In this document: piece by piece, positions 16,627 through 24,000 of the stretch
How the letters are laid out: each line of letters starts with the position of its first letter
How positions within the stretch are numbered: the first letter of the stretch is position 1
NCBI GenBank assembly: GCA_913063495.1
Contig: CAJXXT010000016.1
Coordinates: 2,977-26,976 of the forward strand
Source of the DNA: an uncultured Gammaproteobacteria bacterium
GTDB lineage: Bacteria; Pseudomonadota; Gammaproteobacteria; Pseudomonadales; Ketobacteraceae
Length of the DNA stretch: 24,000 nucleotides
Direction: 5' to 3'
Notes under the pieces: model-generated
The model's database searches: none
Seen by the model: only the letters and a program-made list of their open reading frames with translations
Told to the model about the DNA's origin: nothing
Program-made: the position numbers and the translations under genes

Positions 16627-17112
16627 TTAAAATTGCTGCTTAGCAGCCATAGAGGGGAATAAACTATACTGAGAAGAGATCGCATATTTTTTACGCGGAT
16701 AAAAAGTCAATACTGACTGTAAATTGTCGTCTGTACCAACAGTGCTACTACTCGCGCCTAAAAAACGCCACTGGCCTTCTGGGGTACTTAACATCAACGT
16801 TAACTGAGAGACGCTACTTCCTGTTACACCCTCAATATAATTACAGCTAACACCCGTATTTTTACACAGAATCTGGATATCATTTTTTGTAAATTCGTCC
16901 GTCAAAGAGTATTCGCGATTAAAATCCAAGGCATTAACGATATTTTGCGCCTCCTCACTGTATGCAGTAAGCTCTAAAATCCTAGCTTGTTCCCGAATAT
17001 CACCATAAAAGATGACGGAGAGTGTAACCATAAGAGATATAACAATTAACAGCTCTACTAGCGTAAATCCCTTATATTTCGAATGAGTTTTCGTAATAAC
17101 TGGCCTATACAT
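16627..17112 (-). CDS. Minor prepilin-like protein (161 aa)
   Basis: Prepilin signal MYRPVITKTHSKYKG|FTLVELLIVISLMV with Glu5. A closely spaced Cys pair is present (ILCKNTGVSCNY). Confidence 0.75.
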   Translation of the reverse strand: MYRPVITKTHSKYKGFTLVELLIVISLMVTLSVIFYGDIREQARILELTAYSEEAQNIVNALDFNREYSLTDEFTKNDIQILCKNTGVSCNYIEGVTGSSVSQLTLMLSTPEGQWRFLGASSSTVGTDDNLQSVLTFYPRKKYAISSQYSLFPSMAAKQQF

Positions 17113-17126
17113 TACAATCAGCCCTA

Positions 17127-18293
17127 TTAATTAAATCCACCGCCAGAAGCGGCACCTGCAAGCGGCAAATAGAACCCCAATACAGCAGCTAACACAGATG
17201 CCAGCATTAAAATAAACCCTACTCGGGACAATGCTTTTGATACCCTGCGGGAAGCATGAATATTTTGTAATTGCATTGTTGACTCCATTGCCTCAAGAAT
17301 ACGCGCCTGCTCCGAATCATCTACCTCAGATATAACAGACATCCCATCTCGAATGGTCGGATCCCAGTCCTCTTCATCTAGTGCATCCGCCAAACCTTCC
17401 GAAGAGGCCAATCTCGCATAAATACGTCCGTATATATCCCTATTCTCCCCTTTAGAGGACGACAATAGCTCATAGATTATCTCTGTATCCACAAAACCCG
17501 ACTGTCTCAACATTCTATATATCGATAAAAACTGAGTTCCTCTATCAAGCAACCTCTTTTGATGGAAAAGCGAAAAAAAAGGTAGCCCTTTAACCAGTCG
17601 CCACAAAATTTTCCTATAAAAGACTAAGAATGGGAGCAGAATAAATGGGGCATAACCATAATTTCTCAACAAATCACCAAGACCAACTAATGCTAACGTA
17701 AAATTATTTGGTTTTAAGTGCATTGCTCCATCCATCATGCTTTGAATGGTTTCACCAATAAACAAGGGCACTAAAATAAAGAATGCAAGACCTAGTACGA
17801 TATACGTAATGCCTAACCTTAACTCTGCACTAACATCCGTACTGATTTTTTCTCTATTTAGTAAGTATTTTGATGCTTCTCGTAAGGCCTCAGAATAACG
17901 ACCATTTTTCTCCGCAGCTCTAGCCATAAGAATAGAAAACTTATCAAAATGAAAAGCTCTTAAATAGTCTGACAAACTTTCACAATTATCTAATTTTTCT
18001 TGCTTTGGCTTTAACCACTGACTGCTTTTTAGCAAAGTAGATATACCTTGATGTACAGTGCGCCCAGAAGCGAGCGCACTGCTTAACGTCTGCATAAACA
18101 CAGCTTGATTCTTTGCATCTGGCGCTGAAGACTCTAATACTGTTGCCAAACGGCCCACAATATCTTCCCGAACAGCGGTAATACGCCGTTCAGGAATTTT
18201 CGAATTCCAACGCGCTTCTTCTTTATTGCTTGCCTCTACTTTTAAAGAAGCAAGCTCACCGCGAGAATCAAGATAGTTTACGACGTAAATCAT
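17127..18293 (-). CDS. Type IV filament platform protein (GspF/PilC family)
   Basis: 388 aa. Two repeats of a cytoplasmic helical domain are each followed by TM segments (TYIVLGLAFFILVPLFIG; APFILLPFLVF; GFILMLASVLAAVLGFYLPL). It sits adjacent to the pilin and ATPase genes. Confidence 0.8.
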   Translation of the reverse strand: MIYVVNYLDSRGELASLKVEASNKEEARWNSKIPERRITAVREDIVGRLATVLESSAPDAKNQAVFMQTLSSALASGRTVHQGISTLLKSSQWLKPKQEKLDNCESLSDYLRAFHFDKFSILMARAAEKNGRYSEALREASKYLLNREKISTDVSAELRLGITYIVLGLAFFILVPLFIGETIQSMMDGAMHLKPNNFTLALVGLGDLLRNYGYAPFILLPFLVFYRKILWRLVKGLPFFSLFHQKRLLDRGTQFLSIYRMLRQSGFVDTEIIYELLSSSKGENRDIYGRIYARLASSEGLADALDEEDWDPTIRDGMSVISEVDDSEQARILEAMESTMQLQNIHASRRVSKALSRVGFILMLASVLAAVLGFYLPLAGAASGGGFN

Positions 18294-18307
18294 TCAGATA
18301 TACCTGA

Positions 18308-18847
18308 TTATGAACAGTGGTAAGTGACGATAACCACATCACTCGCAGAATTATAGTCTGTGACTGTATCAATTTGAGGTTTGCCTGTTACATTTTTAAT
18401 GATATCTCGTGCTGCCTGAGTGGGATTATCCGACCCTGTAGTGGGTATTGATACTGTTAACAATCGAGTTGTATCAGTATACGTTACTGACCAATAATCA
18501 TCCCAAGGCGTTTTCTGATATAACCCTCTCTCTACCAAGTTTTTCTTTGCGGCTGTTGCTACTGGATTTTCTGTTCCCGCTCCCGCTGCCGCAGGGTAAG
18601 TCGCACCTGAGGCTGTGTATTCAGTGGCGTCGTCGATAAGCGCGCATGAACCAAAATTCCTGGCTTTATACGAACTAGCCGCCTTAGGAATGCTACCCAA
18701 AATAAACGCTGTCGTCATAGCGACTTTGGCGTCATCATTCGACTGTCCTAATTCTACAGTAATATACACAACCAATAGCGCCACAAGTGATACTACAGTG
18801 ATCAATTCAACCAGTGTAAAACCAGCCTGTCTCTTTTGTATTTTCAT
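18308..18847 (-). CDS. Major prepilin (type IV pilin-like, 179 aa)
   Basis: Short leader MKIQKRQAG|FTLVELITVVSLVALLVVY with G-1, F+1 and E+5. Two Cys (FGSCAL and the C-terminal YHCS) suggest a large disulfide-bounded region. A 91-nt spacer lies upstream, with a GGGTG RBS. Confidence 0.85.
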   Translation of the reverse strand: MKIQKRQAGFTLVELITVVSLVALLVVYITVELGQSNDDAKVAMTTAFILGSIPKAASSYKARNFGSCALIDDATEYTASGATYPAAAGAGTENPVATAAKKNLVERGLYQKTPWDDYWSVTYTDTTRLLTVSIPTTGSDNPTQAARDIIKNVTGKPQIDTVTDYNSASDVVIVTYHCS

Positions 18848-18938
18848 ATTTCACCCTTATATTTTAAATTAAAATTCATTCCTAAAAAAAGACACCAATA
18901 GCGCAAGAAAAATGCACATTTTATATGTATTTTTCCCA

Positions 18939-20723
18939 CTAACCTTCAGCCAACAATACTTCATTATCAGAAAATGTAGCCTCGTCATTATTAGAGGCCA
19001 GACAACCCACCTTCTTTAATGAATTCAACGCCCTGCGACTGACATCTAGTGGGTTAATTTTCATCTCTAGACCTTCCAATGTGGTAACACCTTTTTTTGC
19101 AAGGCGAATGCCATCATCCCAAAGATCTAAAAAGTCACCTTCTACTTGCTGTGACAGCTTAATATGCACAGCGCCAACACCTTGAGTTATTAGCTTTTCA
19201 GTCTTCTCATCATTAACAAAAACTTCATTTACAATATGCCTCCCTAGGTAGCCATAACTGCAAAGCTCACAACCTTCAACCCTTGCGACATAGGGAACCT
19301 TTACCGTAGCTGGCATTAACGTTTCTACCGATTGGTATTTATCCCAAAGGGAGTCACGCTTTGAAATATGAACACTGGATGAGCAGTGGGGACACACTCT
19401 ATTCACTAAACGCTGGGCCGTAACGGCTAATAGATTTTCCGCTAACAACGCATCATCCACACCAAGGTTTCGCAACCGATTGATAGCGCCGTGCGCATCA
19501 TTAGTATGCAATGTTGTAAGCACCAAATGCCCTGTCATTGAAGCCCTCAGTGCCAATTCTGCAGTTTCAGCATCTCTTATCTCGCCAATCATGATAACGT
19601 CAGGGTCATGACGTAGCAGCGATTTTAACGCCATTGCAAACCCCATATGCTTAGACACTTCCAAAGCCGTTATTCCATCAAGTTGATCTTCAACGGGATC
19701 TTCAATCGTATAAATAGCTTTCTCTGGAAACTGATCTCGTATATCGCGAAGCACTGACTTTAAGGTTGTAGATTTCCCACTCCCGGTTGGCCCAGTAACA
19801 ATAATCATTCCACTAGAACGCCGCCCCACACCGCGCAATATATCAACATGGGATTTCGATAAACCCAGCTGATCTAAACGGCCAACACCCCGCATATTAT
19901 TGAGTATTCGAACGGTAAATTTTGGTTTCACTTGCGTAAACACTTTTACCGGAGCCATCTCCAGTCGCATGCTTACTTGTTTATGTGCAGCCTGGAATAC
20001 CAAATAACCACTACAAGGTTCCAAATAATTATTTTGTTTGCTCACCCGCTCCATAAGATTATTTGCAACAAGCTTAAATTGCTCATTTGTGATCGTTTGC
20101 AGCCCTGGAATATTAGAGACTTGGCAGCGGCCATCAATACGTAACCGTATCACACCACCGTGTGATTCTGGGTTTATATGAATATCACTGGATTTTCTAT
20201 TAATTGCCTCATTTAGTAGATCATCTACAAATTCTTTTGCCCAAGCACCACTGGTTTCTTTACTATTAAAAGCAACATCGTAGTTTGCCTGTACTACAAT
20301 ATCTGATTCAAAATCAGACATTGCCAAAATCCCCAATTTAGAGAATTGAATTTTATCTCTGCTGTCTTTTTTTCGCCGAATTAATGGCTCGATCTGGCTT
20401 CGGTCATAAGGATTCGTTACATACAAAACATCATCGGCAATTAGCCAAGGGCATTTATCATGCGTACTTCGAACCAACGTGTCGCGATTAACAATACTTC
20501 CAGAAAAAATATCACTCTTGTATATATCCGCCAATACTGCTGCAAGCTTTTCGTCATCAACCCCTTGTTCCCACAACCGAGGAACAATCTCCTCCGCTGA
20601 GGCAGGCAAAGCCATACTATGGGAAATTTTTTCCGAAATAACCCCATGCTCCACCAATTTCTCTTGGATTTTTTCAAACTGAATAGCTAGGCGATTTTTT
20701 GTATTTTCGGTAATTTTTGACAC
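18939..20723 (-). CDS. Type IV filament assembly ATPase (GspE/PilB/MshE family)
   Basis: 594 aa. Walker A GPTGSGKST at 19767-19793. Asp/Walker B region DPDVIMIGEIRD. His box TGHLVLTTLHTND. Tetracysteine CPHC...CELC Zn motif. The N-terminal region is T2SSE_N-like (KLVEHGVISEKISHSMAL...LWEQGVDDEKLAAVLADIY). GTG start. Confidence 0.9.
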   Translation of the reverse strand: MSKITENTKNRLAIQFEKIQEKLVEHGVISEKISHSMALPASAEEIVPRLWEQGVDDEKLAAVLADIYKSDIFSGSIVNRDTLVRSTHDKCPWLIADDVLYVTNPYDRSQIEPLIRRKKDSRDKIQFSKLGILAMSDFESDIVVQANYDVAFNSKETSGAWAKEFVDDLLNEAINRKSSDIHINPESHGGVIRLRIDGRCQVSNIPGLQTITNEQFKLVANNLMERVSKQNNYLEPCSGYLVFQAAHKQVSMRLEMAPVKVFTQVKPKFTVRILNNMRGVGRLDQLGLSKSHVDILRGVGRRSSGMIIVTGPTGSGKSTTLKSVLRDIRDQFPEKAIYTIEDPVEDQLDGITALEVSKHMGFAMALKSLLRHDPDVIMIGEIRDAETAELALRASMTGHLVLTTLHTNDAHGAINRLRNLGVDDALLAENLLAVTAQRLVNRVCPHCSSSVHISKRDSLWDKYQSVETLMPATVKVPYVARVEGCELCSYGYLGRHIVNEVFVNDEKTEKLITQGVGAVHIKLSQQVEGDFLDLWDDGIRLAKKGVTTLEGLEMKINPLDVSRRALNSLKKVGCLASNNDEATFSDNEVLLAEG

Positions 20724-20768
20724 TGAGTAACCTATTTCTATTGGAGGTAAACCTTAAAACGACCCAAT

Positions 20769-21281
20769 TTAATCCCAACTGAACCCGACTTGATAAATCA
20801 CACCTTCTTTCTCTAGTTTAGCGCCATTCACGGTACTTACTGCCAGCACTCTATACCCTCCAGGAAGATAACCACCCTCTTTCGCCTCAACATTCCCTGA
20901 TGCCGTTTTAAATGACGCTTGATTACCGTTAATTCTTTTCAAAATAGGAAGTGTTATTTTTGCGCCTTCTGCCGCGCTATTCCTATTACTTACCACAGGA
21001 GAACTTGCTTCGGTTGGCTTTTCATTATTTCCGACATTAAATCCCATAGAATCCATATCACCAGGAACAAAGCCTCCAGACTCCTTGAATGCTTGATAAG
21101 ATTTCGCAATCTTCGCACGCTGCTCTATCAATTTGGCTTGATACTGCAAATCTTGTAATTCTCGCGCTCTTGCTGCCTCTCGCTTCAATACAGAAGCGCC
21201 ATCTTCAGGCCCAGCTACTACAACAGTGTTCATTCCCAAGCACCCAATAATGAGTGCTCCCAACATAGTTGATTTTTTCAT
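20769..21281 (-). CDS. Periplasmic or lipoprotein accessory protein, PilP / GspC-HR-like (tentative)
   Basis: 170 aa. Signal peptide with a possible lipobox (ALIIGC). A coiled segment (QDLQYQAKLIEQRAKIAKSY) is followed by a C-terminal beta-rich region NGNQASFKTASGNVEAKEGGYLPGGYRVLAVSTVNGAKLEKEGVIYQVGF. The function is inferred from topology and operon position. Confidence 0.45.
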   Translation of the reverse strand: MKKSTMLGALIIGCLGMNTVVVAGPEDGASVLKREAARARELQDLQYQAKLIEQRAKIAKSYQAFKESGGFVPGDMDSMGFNVGNNEKPTEASSPVVSNRNSAAEGAKITLPILKRINGNQASFKTASGNVEAKEGGYLPGGYRVLAVSTVNGAKLEKEGVIYQVGFSWD

Positions 21282-21324
21282 TATGATTCCTACTTTCCGC
21301 CGATGATTAGACTTTATCTATTAT

Positions 21325-21795
21325 TTATTCACTACCTAATACAGAAAATCGTATCGTGGCATTCTTTTCTCGTAAGTTGATACCATACAGAAATGCAGGT
21401 ACCGCACTTTGTATTTCTTTAGCAGATACCAACACTGCACCTACACTTCCCTTTAGGTCAGCCGTCCAGGACGCTAACGGCCCGTTATAACTATCTTTTG
21501 AGTTTTTATTGGAAACGAGAGAAACATCAACGCCATATTGATCTGCTATCGCCGTCACATAACGCCATTGGTTTTTGACCGGAGGTAACACCTCCATTTG
21601 GGCCAATCTCTCTGCCTGAGTGTTATATACTTTAATGTCCTCCTCAATAATCTCTACATCTGCAAACGCGGCTTTGTTAACCCGTACGACCTGGCGCTTA
21701 TATATCTGGTGAGAAGTAAGGAATATAACAAGAAACATGACAGCCCAATGAGACCAATCCCATTGAGAAAGAAACCCTGGAAGATTAACTTTCAT
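21325..21795 (-). CDS. Bitopic inner-membrane accessory protein, PilO/GspM-like (tentative)
   Basis: 156 aa. Short cytoplasmic N-terminus, one TM (WAVMFLVIFLTS), a coiled coil, then a small periplasmic alpha/beta-like domain. Overlaps the upstream gene by 11 nt. AGGAAAA RBS. Confidence 0.5.
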   Translation of the reverse strand: MKVNLPGFLSQWDWSHWAVMFLVIFLTSHQIYKRQVVRVNKAAFADVEIIEEDIKVYNTQAERLAQMEVLPPVKNQWRYVTAIADQYGVDVSLVSNKNSKDSYNGPLASWTADLKGSVGAVLVSAKEIQSAVPAFLYGINLREKNATIRFSVLGSE

Positions 21796-22669
21796 TATTT
21801 TTTTTCCTAATACTTAATATCCATTCACCTTTTGGGTCATACTCAGAGGTCACCCAAGAATAATTTTGAGCAGGGTTAACTCCCACATCAGGAACAACAA
21901 AGACTAACTTCTCCCTCTGTAAACTTTGTCCAGGCAATGTCGCTAACTTTGGATTAACCGCCCACACTGCGGCAATGCTCTCGATCATCCGTGCATCATT
22001 CGGAACATCTGTTAGGCGCGTTGTTTTTAATTTATCCAAACCTGATTGAATAACCTGCAATAACTCAGCCTTACTTTCTGCTTGTTCTGTCTCCAGCGCA
22101 TATATTTTGGTTAAACCAACATCTGTCACAAGCCCTAAAACCACACACAAGGTCACTACTGAAATCAAACTACTCCAGGTCTTCCTCACAACTTCCTTAC
22201 GTTGAGTCAATAATTCTGCCGCCAACTTAGCTTCAGTATCCGGCAATACAAGTTGATCAATCTCTGGGTTCAGTTCTGCTGCCTCGTCAAGGTTAAAACT
22301 TGCGTCCGCAGCGAAGAATCCAGCTTCGTAATCCCCTGAAAACTCAGCCCTCCCCAAATCACAATGTATATAGTAGCCATCTTGAGGGGTTATTTTTACT
22401 ACCTGCAACGCCTTTCGATATGACACTAATCCACTATTAATTAATGTATGCCACATTCCGAATACACGAGTATCTGGATAAGACTCTCGAATATCTTCTA
22501 TATCAGTCTCTCGAATATGAATTGCAGGACAGTTATTCGTAGCCGGTGCTAGTTCTACATATTGATGTTGCTCACTTAGCGGAACCGGCCCAACAATATC
22601 AGGAATAAAAACAATATCTTCGCCTAAAATACGAACTGGCCGACGCAGGTATTCCGAAAAATCTGACAC
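21785..22669 (-). CDS. Bitopic inner-membrane accessory protein, GspL/BfpC/PilM-N-like (tentative)
   Basis: 294 aa. A cytoplasmic domain of about 165 aa, one TM (WSSLISVVTLCVVLGLVTDVGL), a coiled coil, then a periplasmic domain of about 90 aa. The GTG start lies 1 nt after the secretin stop. Confidence 0.5.
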   Translation of the reverse strand: MSDFSEYLRRPVRILGEDIVFIPDIVGPVPLSEQHQYVELAPATNNCPAIHIRETDIEDIRESYPDTRVFGMWHTLINSGLVSYRKALQVVKITPQDGYYIHCDLGRAEFSGDYEAGFFAADASFNLDEAAELNPEIDQLVLPDTEAKLAAELLTQRKEVVRKTWSSLISVVTLCVVLGLVTDVGLTKIYALETEQAESKAELLQVIQSGLDKLKTTRLTDVPNDARMIESIAAVWAVNPKLATLPGQSLQREKLVFVVPDVGVNPAQNYSWVTSEYDPKGEWILSIRKKNNES

Positions 22670-22670
22670 G

Positions 22671-24000
22671 TTACGCCCCTTCCAATATTGTGGGCGTCAC
22701 TGTTAACACTAACTCTCTTCGTTCAACACCTTGAGTTTCATTGCCGAAAATAGGCTTGAGTATTGCACCTGTTAGCTTTTCCCTCCAAGGTAATTCCTCC
22801 AATTTTTTCGCTATCGCCCTTCGGATAAACCCACCTAGTTGAATGGGTTTTCCTGACTCTGCAATCACCTGGGTAGAGAGTTCCTGCAGTGCAATTCGCG
22901 GAACAACTTGCGCTTCACCTTCAATTTCAAACACATCACTGCCATCCATAGAACTCACTACAGGCCATATATCCAAAAGAATTCTACCATCGGATAATAT
23001 TCGTGGTGTTACCGAAAGCGTAACTCCAACTCGCACAGACTCTAATGTTTTCTCAACGCGACGATTAACCACCCCTTCAGGCGTTACTCCATCAGCACCG
23101 GTAACTTCTATTTTCCCAATATAAGTCGACTCTTCACCACTTGATATATAGGCATATCCTCCATTTCTAACAGTAACATTCGGCTGATTCAGTAATTCAA
23201 CCTCACCAAATTTACTCAAAAAGTTAAGGATAAAGCCTGCATTTACTTTACTCGAAGAATATGATCCAGCGCCCTGAAACAAAGTATTCGTTGAATCAAA
23301 AATACCATTCTTAACGGTTTGAAATCCAAAATTCAGAGGGTTCCCATTAAACGACCCATTTACCGATGCTAACTGATCCCAATCAATACCTGCTCCACGA
23401 TCATCATTAAGTGTTACGTCATAGGCCTTAACTGAAATATTAATTTGTTTTGATCCCGACTCTGCTATAGATGAAATAAATTCATCAACAGCCTTCATTC
23501 GCTGCGGAGCCCCTCCTGCACTGATAGTTCCCACCGATCGTACAGCTTGTATATATGGAGATACTCTTGTTGCAGATGTCACTTCCGAGCCTCCGTCTTG
23601 AACATTTAGTATACGCTTTGCACCGTCAACAATGGCTAGCCACTCATCATCATTAAATACCGTAGATATCTCATTAGTCGTAGAAGCTCCACCACCAGAC
23701 TTAGATGAACGCAGCGGTCTACCTACGGTAAGGCGTACATCTCGTTTGGAGGAAAACATAGCCAAATTCCATTGCTTATCGACAAAAGAACGTATTTCTA
23801 CTTTTCCATTATTTAGACTTATTTCATAACCACTTAGCGATGACAAGTATTCGAGGTAATCTTTTACGTACATGTCCTTAGCAATCATATTGAGCGTCTT
23901 TGACAAATCAATATTCGAATCTTTTGGTATAATACTGTTATTGGGTAATTTCAATCTCAATGCATCGACTAATGAGACGGATCCAACAAAACTCACCTTT
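22671..24000 (-). CDS. Secretin (GspD/PilQ/T4b-secretin family), N-terminus beyond the window end
   Basis: The C-terminal secretin core is present (LNQPNVTVRNGGYAYISSGEE...VGVTLSVTPRILSDGRILLDIWPVVS...RELVLTVTPTILEG). An N0-like segment lies near the window edge (SLVDALRLKL...YLEYLSSLSGYEISLNNGKVEIRS). The track's GTG at 23996 is probably not the true start, since no signal peptide is visible. Confidence 0.85.
   Translation of the reverse strand, partial: KVSFVGSVSLVDALRLKLPNNSIIPKDSNIDLSKTLNMIAKDMYVKDYLEYLSSLSGYEISLNNGKVEIRSFVDKQWNLAMFSSKRDVRLTVGRPLRSSKSGGGASTTNEISTVFNDDEWLAIVDGAKRILNVQDGGSEVTSATRVSPYIQAVRSVGTISAGGAPQRMKAVDEFISSIAESGSKQINISVKAYDVTLNDDRGAGIDWDQLASVNGSFNGNPLNFGFQTVKNGIFDSTNTLFQGAGSYSSSKVNAGFILNFLSKFGEVELLNQPNVTVRNGGYAYISSGEESTYIGKIEVTGADGVTPEGVVNRRVEKTLESVRVGVTLSVTPRILSDGRILLDIWPVVSSMDGSDVFEIEGEAQVVPRIALQELSTQVIAESGKPIQLGGFIRRAIAKKLEELPWREKLTGAILKPIFGNETQGVERRELVLTVTPTILEGA

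Noticed and set aside
20550-20723. MshEN-type c-di-GMP binding motif in the ATPase N-terminus
   Set aside because: Only a partial resemblance is present (KLVEHGVIS...). The RLG start and the spaced Leu residues of the motif are absent in both candidate copies, so this is not supportable from sequence alone.
10276-21810. Remaining short ORFs antisense to, or in alternate frames of, the TA, lipase, lipoprotein and pilus genes (for example 10276-10515, 11242-11442, 11467-11757, 11803-12006, 11833-12072, 14197-14391, 15174-15386, 15319-15603, 15938-16120, 18448-18639, 18615-18872, 19932-20144, 20441-20677, 20479-20682, 20919-21158, 21598-21810)
   Set aside because: Each is nested in a longer ORF that has clear family motifs or operon context. 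None has an RBS or a recognisable domain.

Overview
The window has three parts, and the polar-flagellum gene order suggests a gammaproteobacterial chromosome. That taxonomic call, like every family assignment here, rests on motif recognition by eye; no database search was run.

(1) 1-9.2 kb, minus strand: a conserved flagellar block, fliK>fliL>fliM>fliN>fliO>fliP>fliQ>fliR>flhB>flhA. flhA is cut by the window start. Sigma54-type -24/-12 promoter motifs lie in front of fliK, fliL and, more weakly, flhA.

(2) 9.2-14.7 kb: an accessory stretch. It holds a small acidic DUF4404-like protein and an orphan 95-aa PAAR protein. A parE-type toxin/antitoxin pair converges on the PAAR gene and overlaps its 3' end. 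It also holds a Sec-signal-bearing lipase-like alpha/beta hydrolase and, divergent from it, a 673-aa lipoprotein with a poly-Gly tether and degenerate FG-GAP-like beta-propeller repeats.

(3) 14.8-24.0 kb, minus strand: a tightly packed ten-gene type IV filament (T4P/T2SS-like) cluster. Its order is secretin (N-terminus beyond the window end), three small envelope accessory proteins, one GspE/PilB-type ATPase, a major prepilin, a GspF/PilC platform and three progressively larger Cys-rich minor prepilins. The last minor prepilin lacks Glu5 and carries a striking Trp cluster.

This third cluster is the best candidate for an uncharacterised system. It mixes T4b-like gene order with T4a/T2SS-like prepilin signals and a GspIJK-like minor pilin set. 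The visible part contains no retraction ATPase and no prepilin peptidase. No rRNA, tRNA, CRISPR array or transposase was seen.
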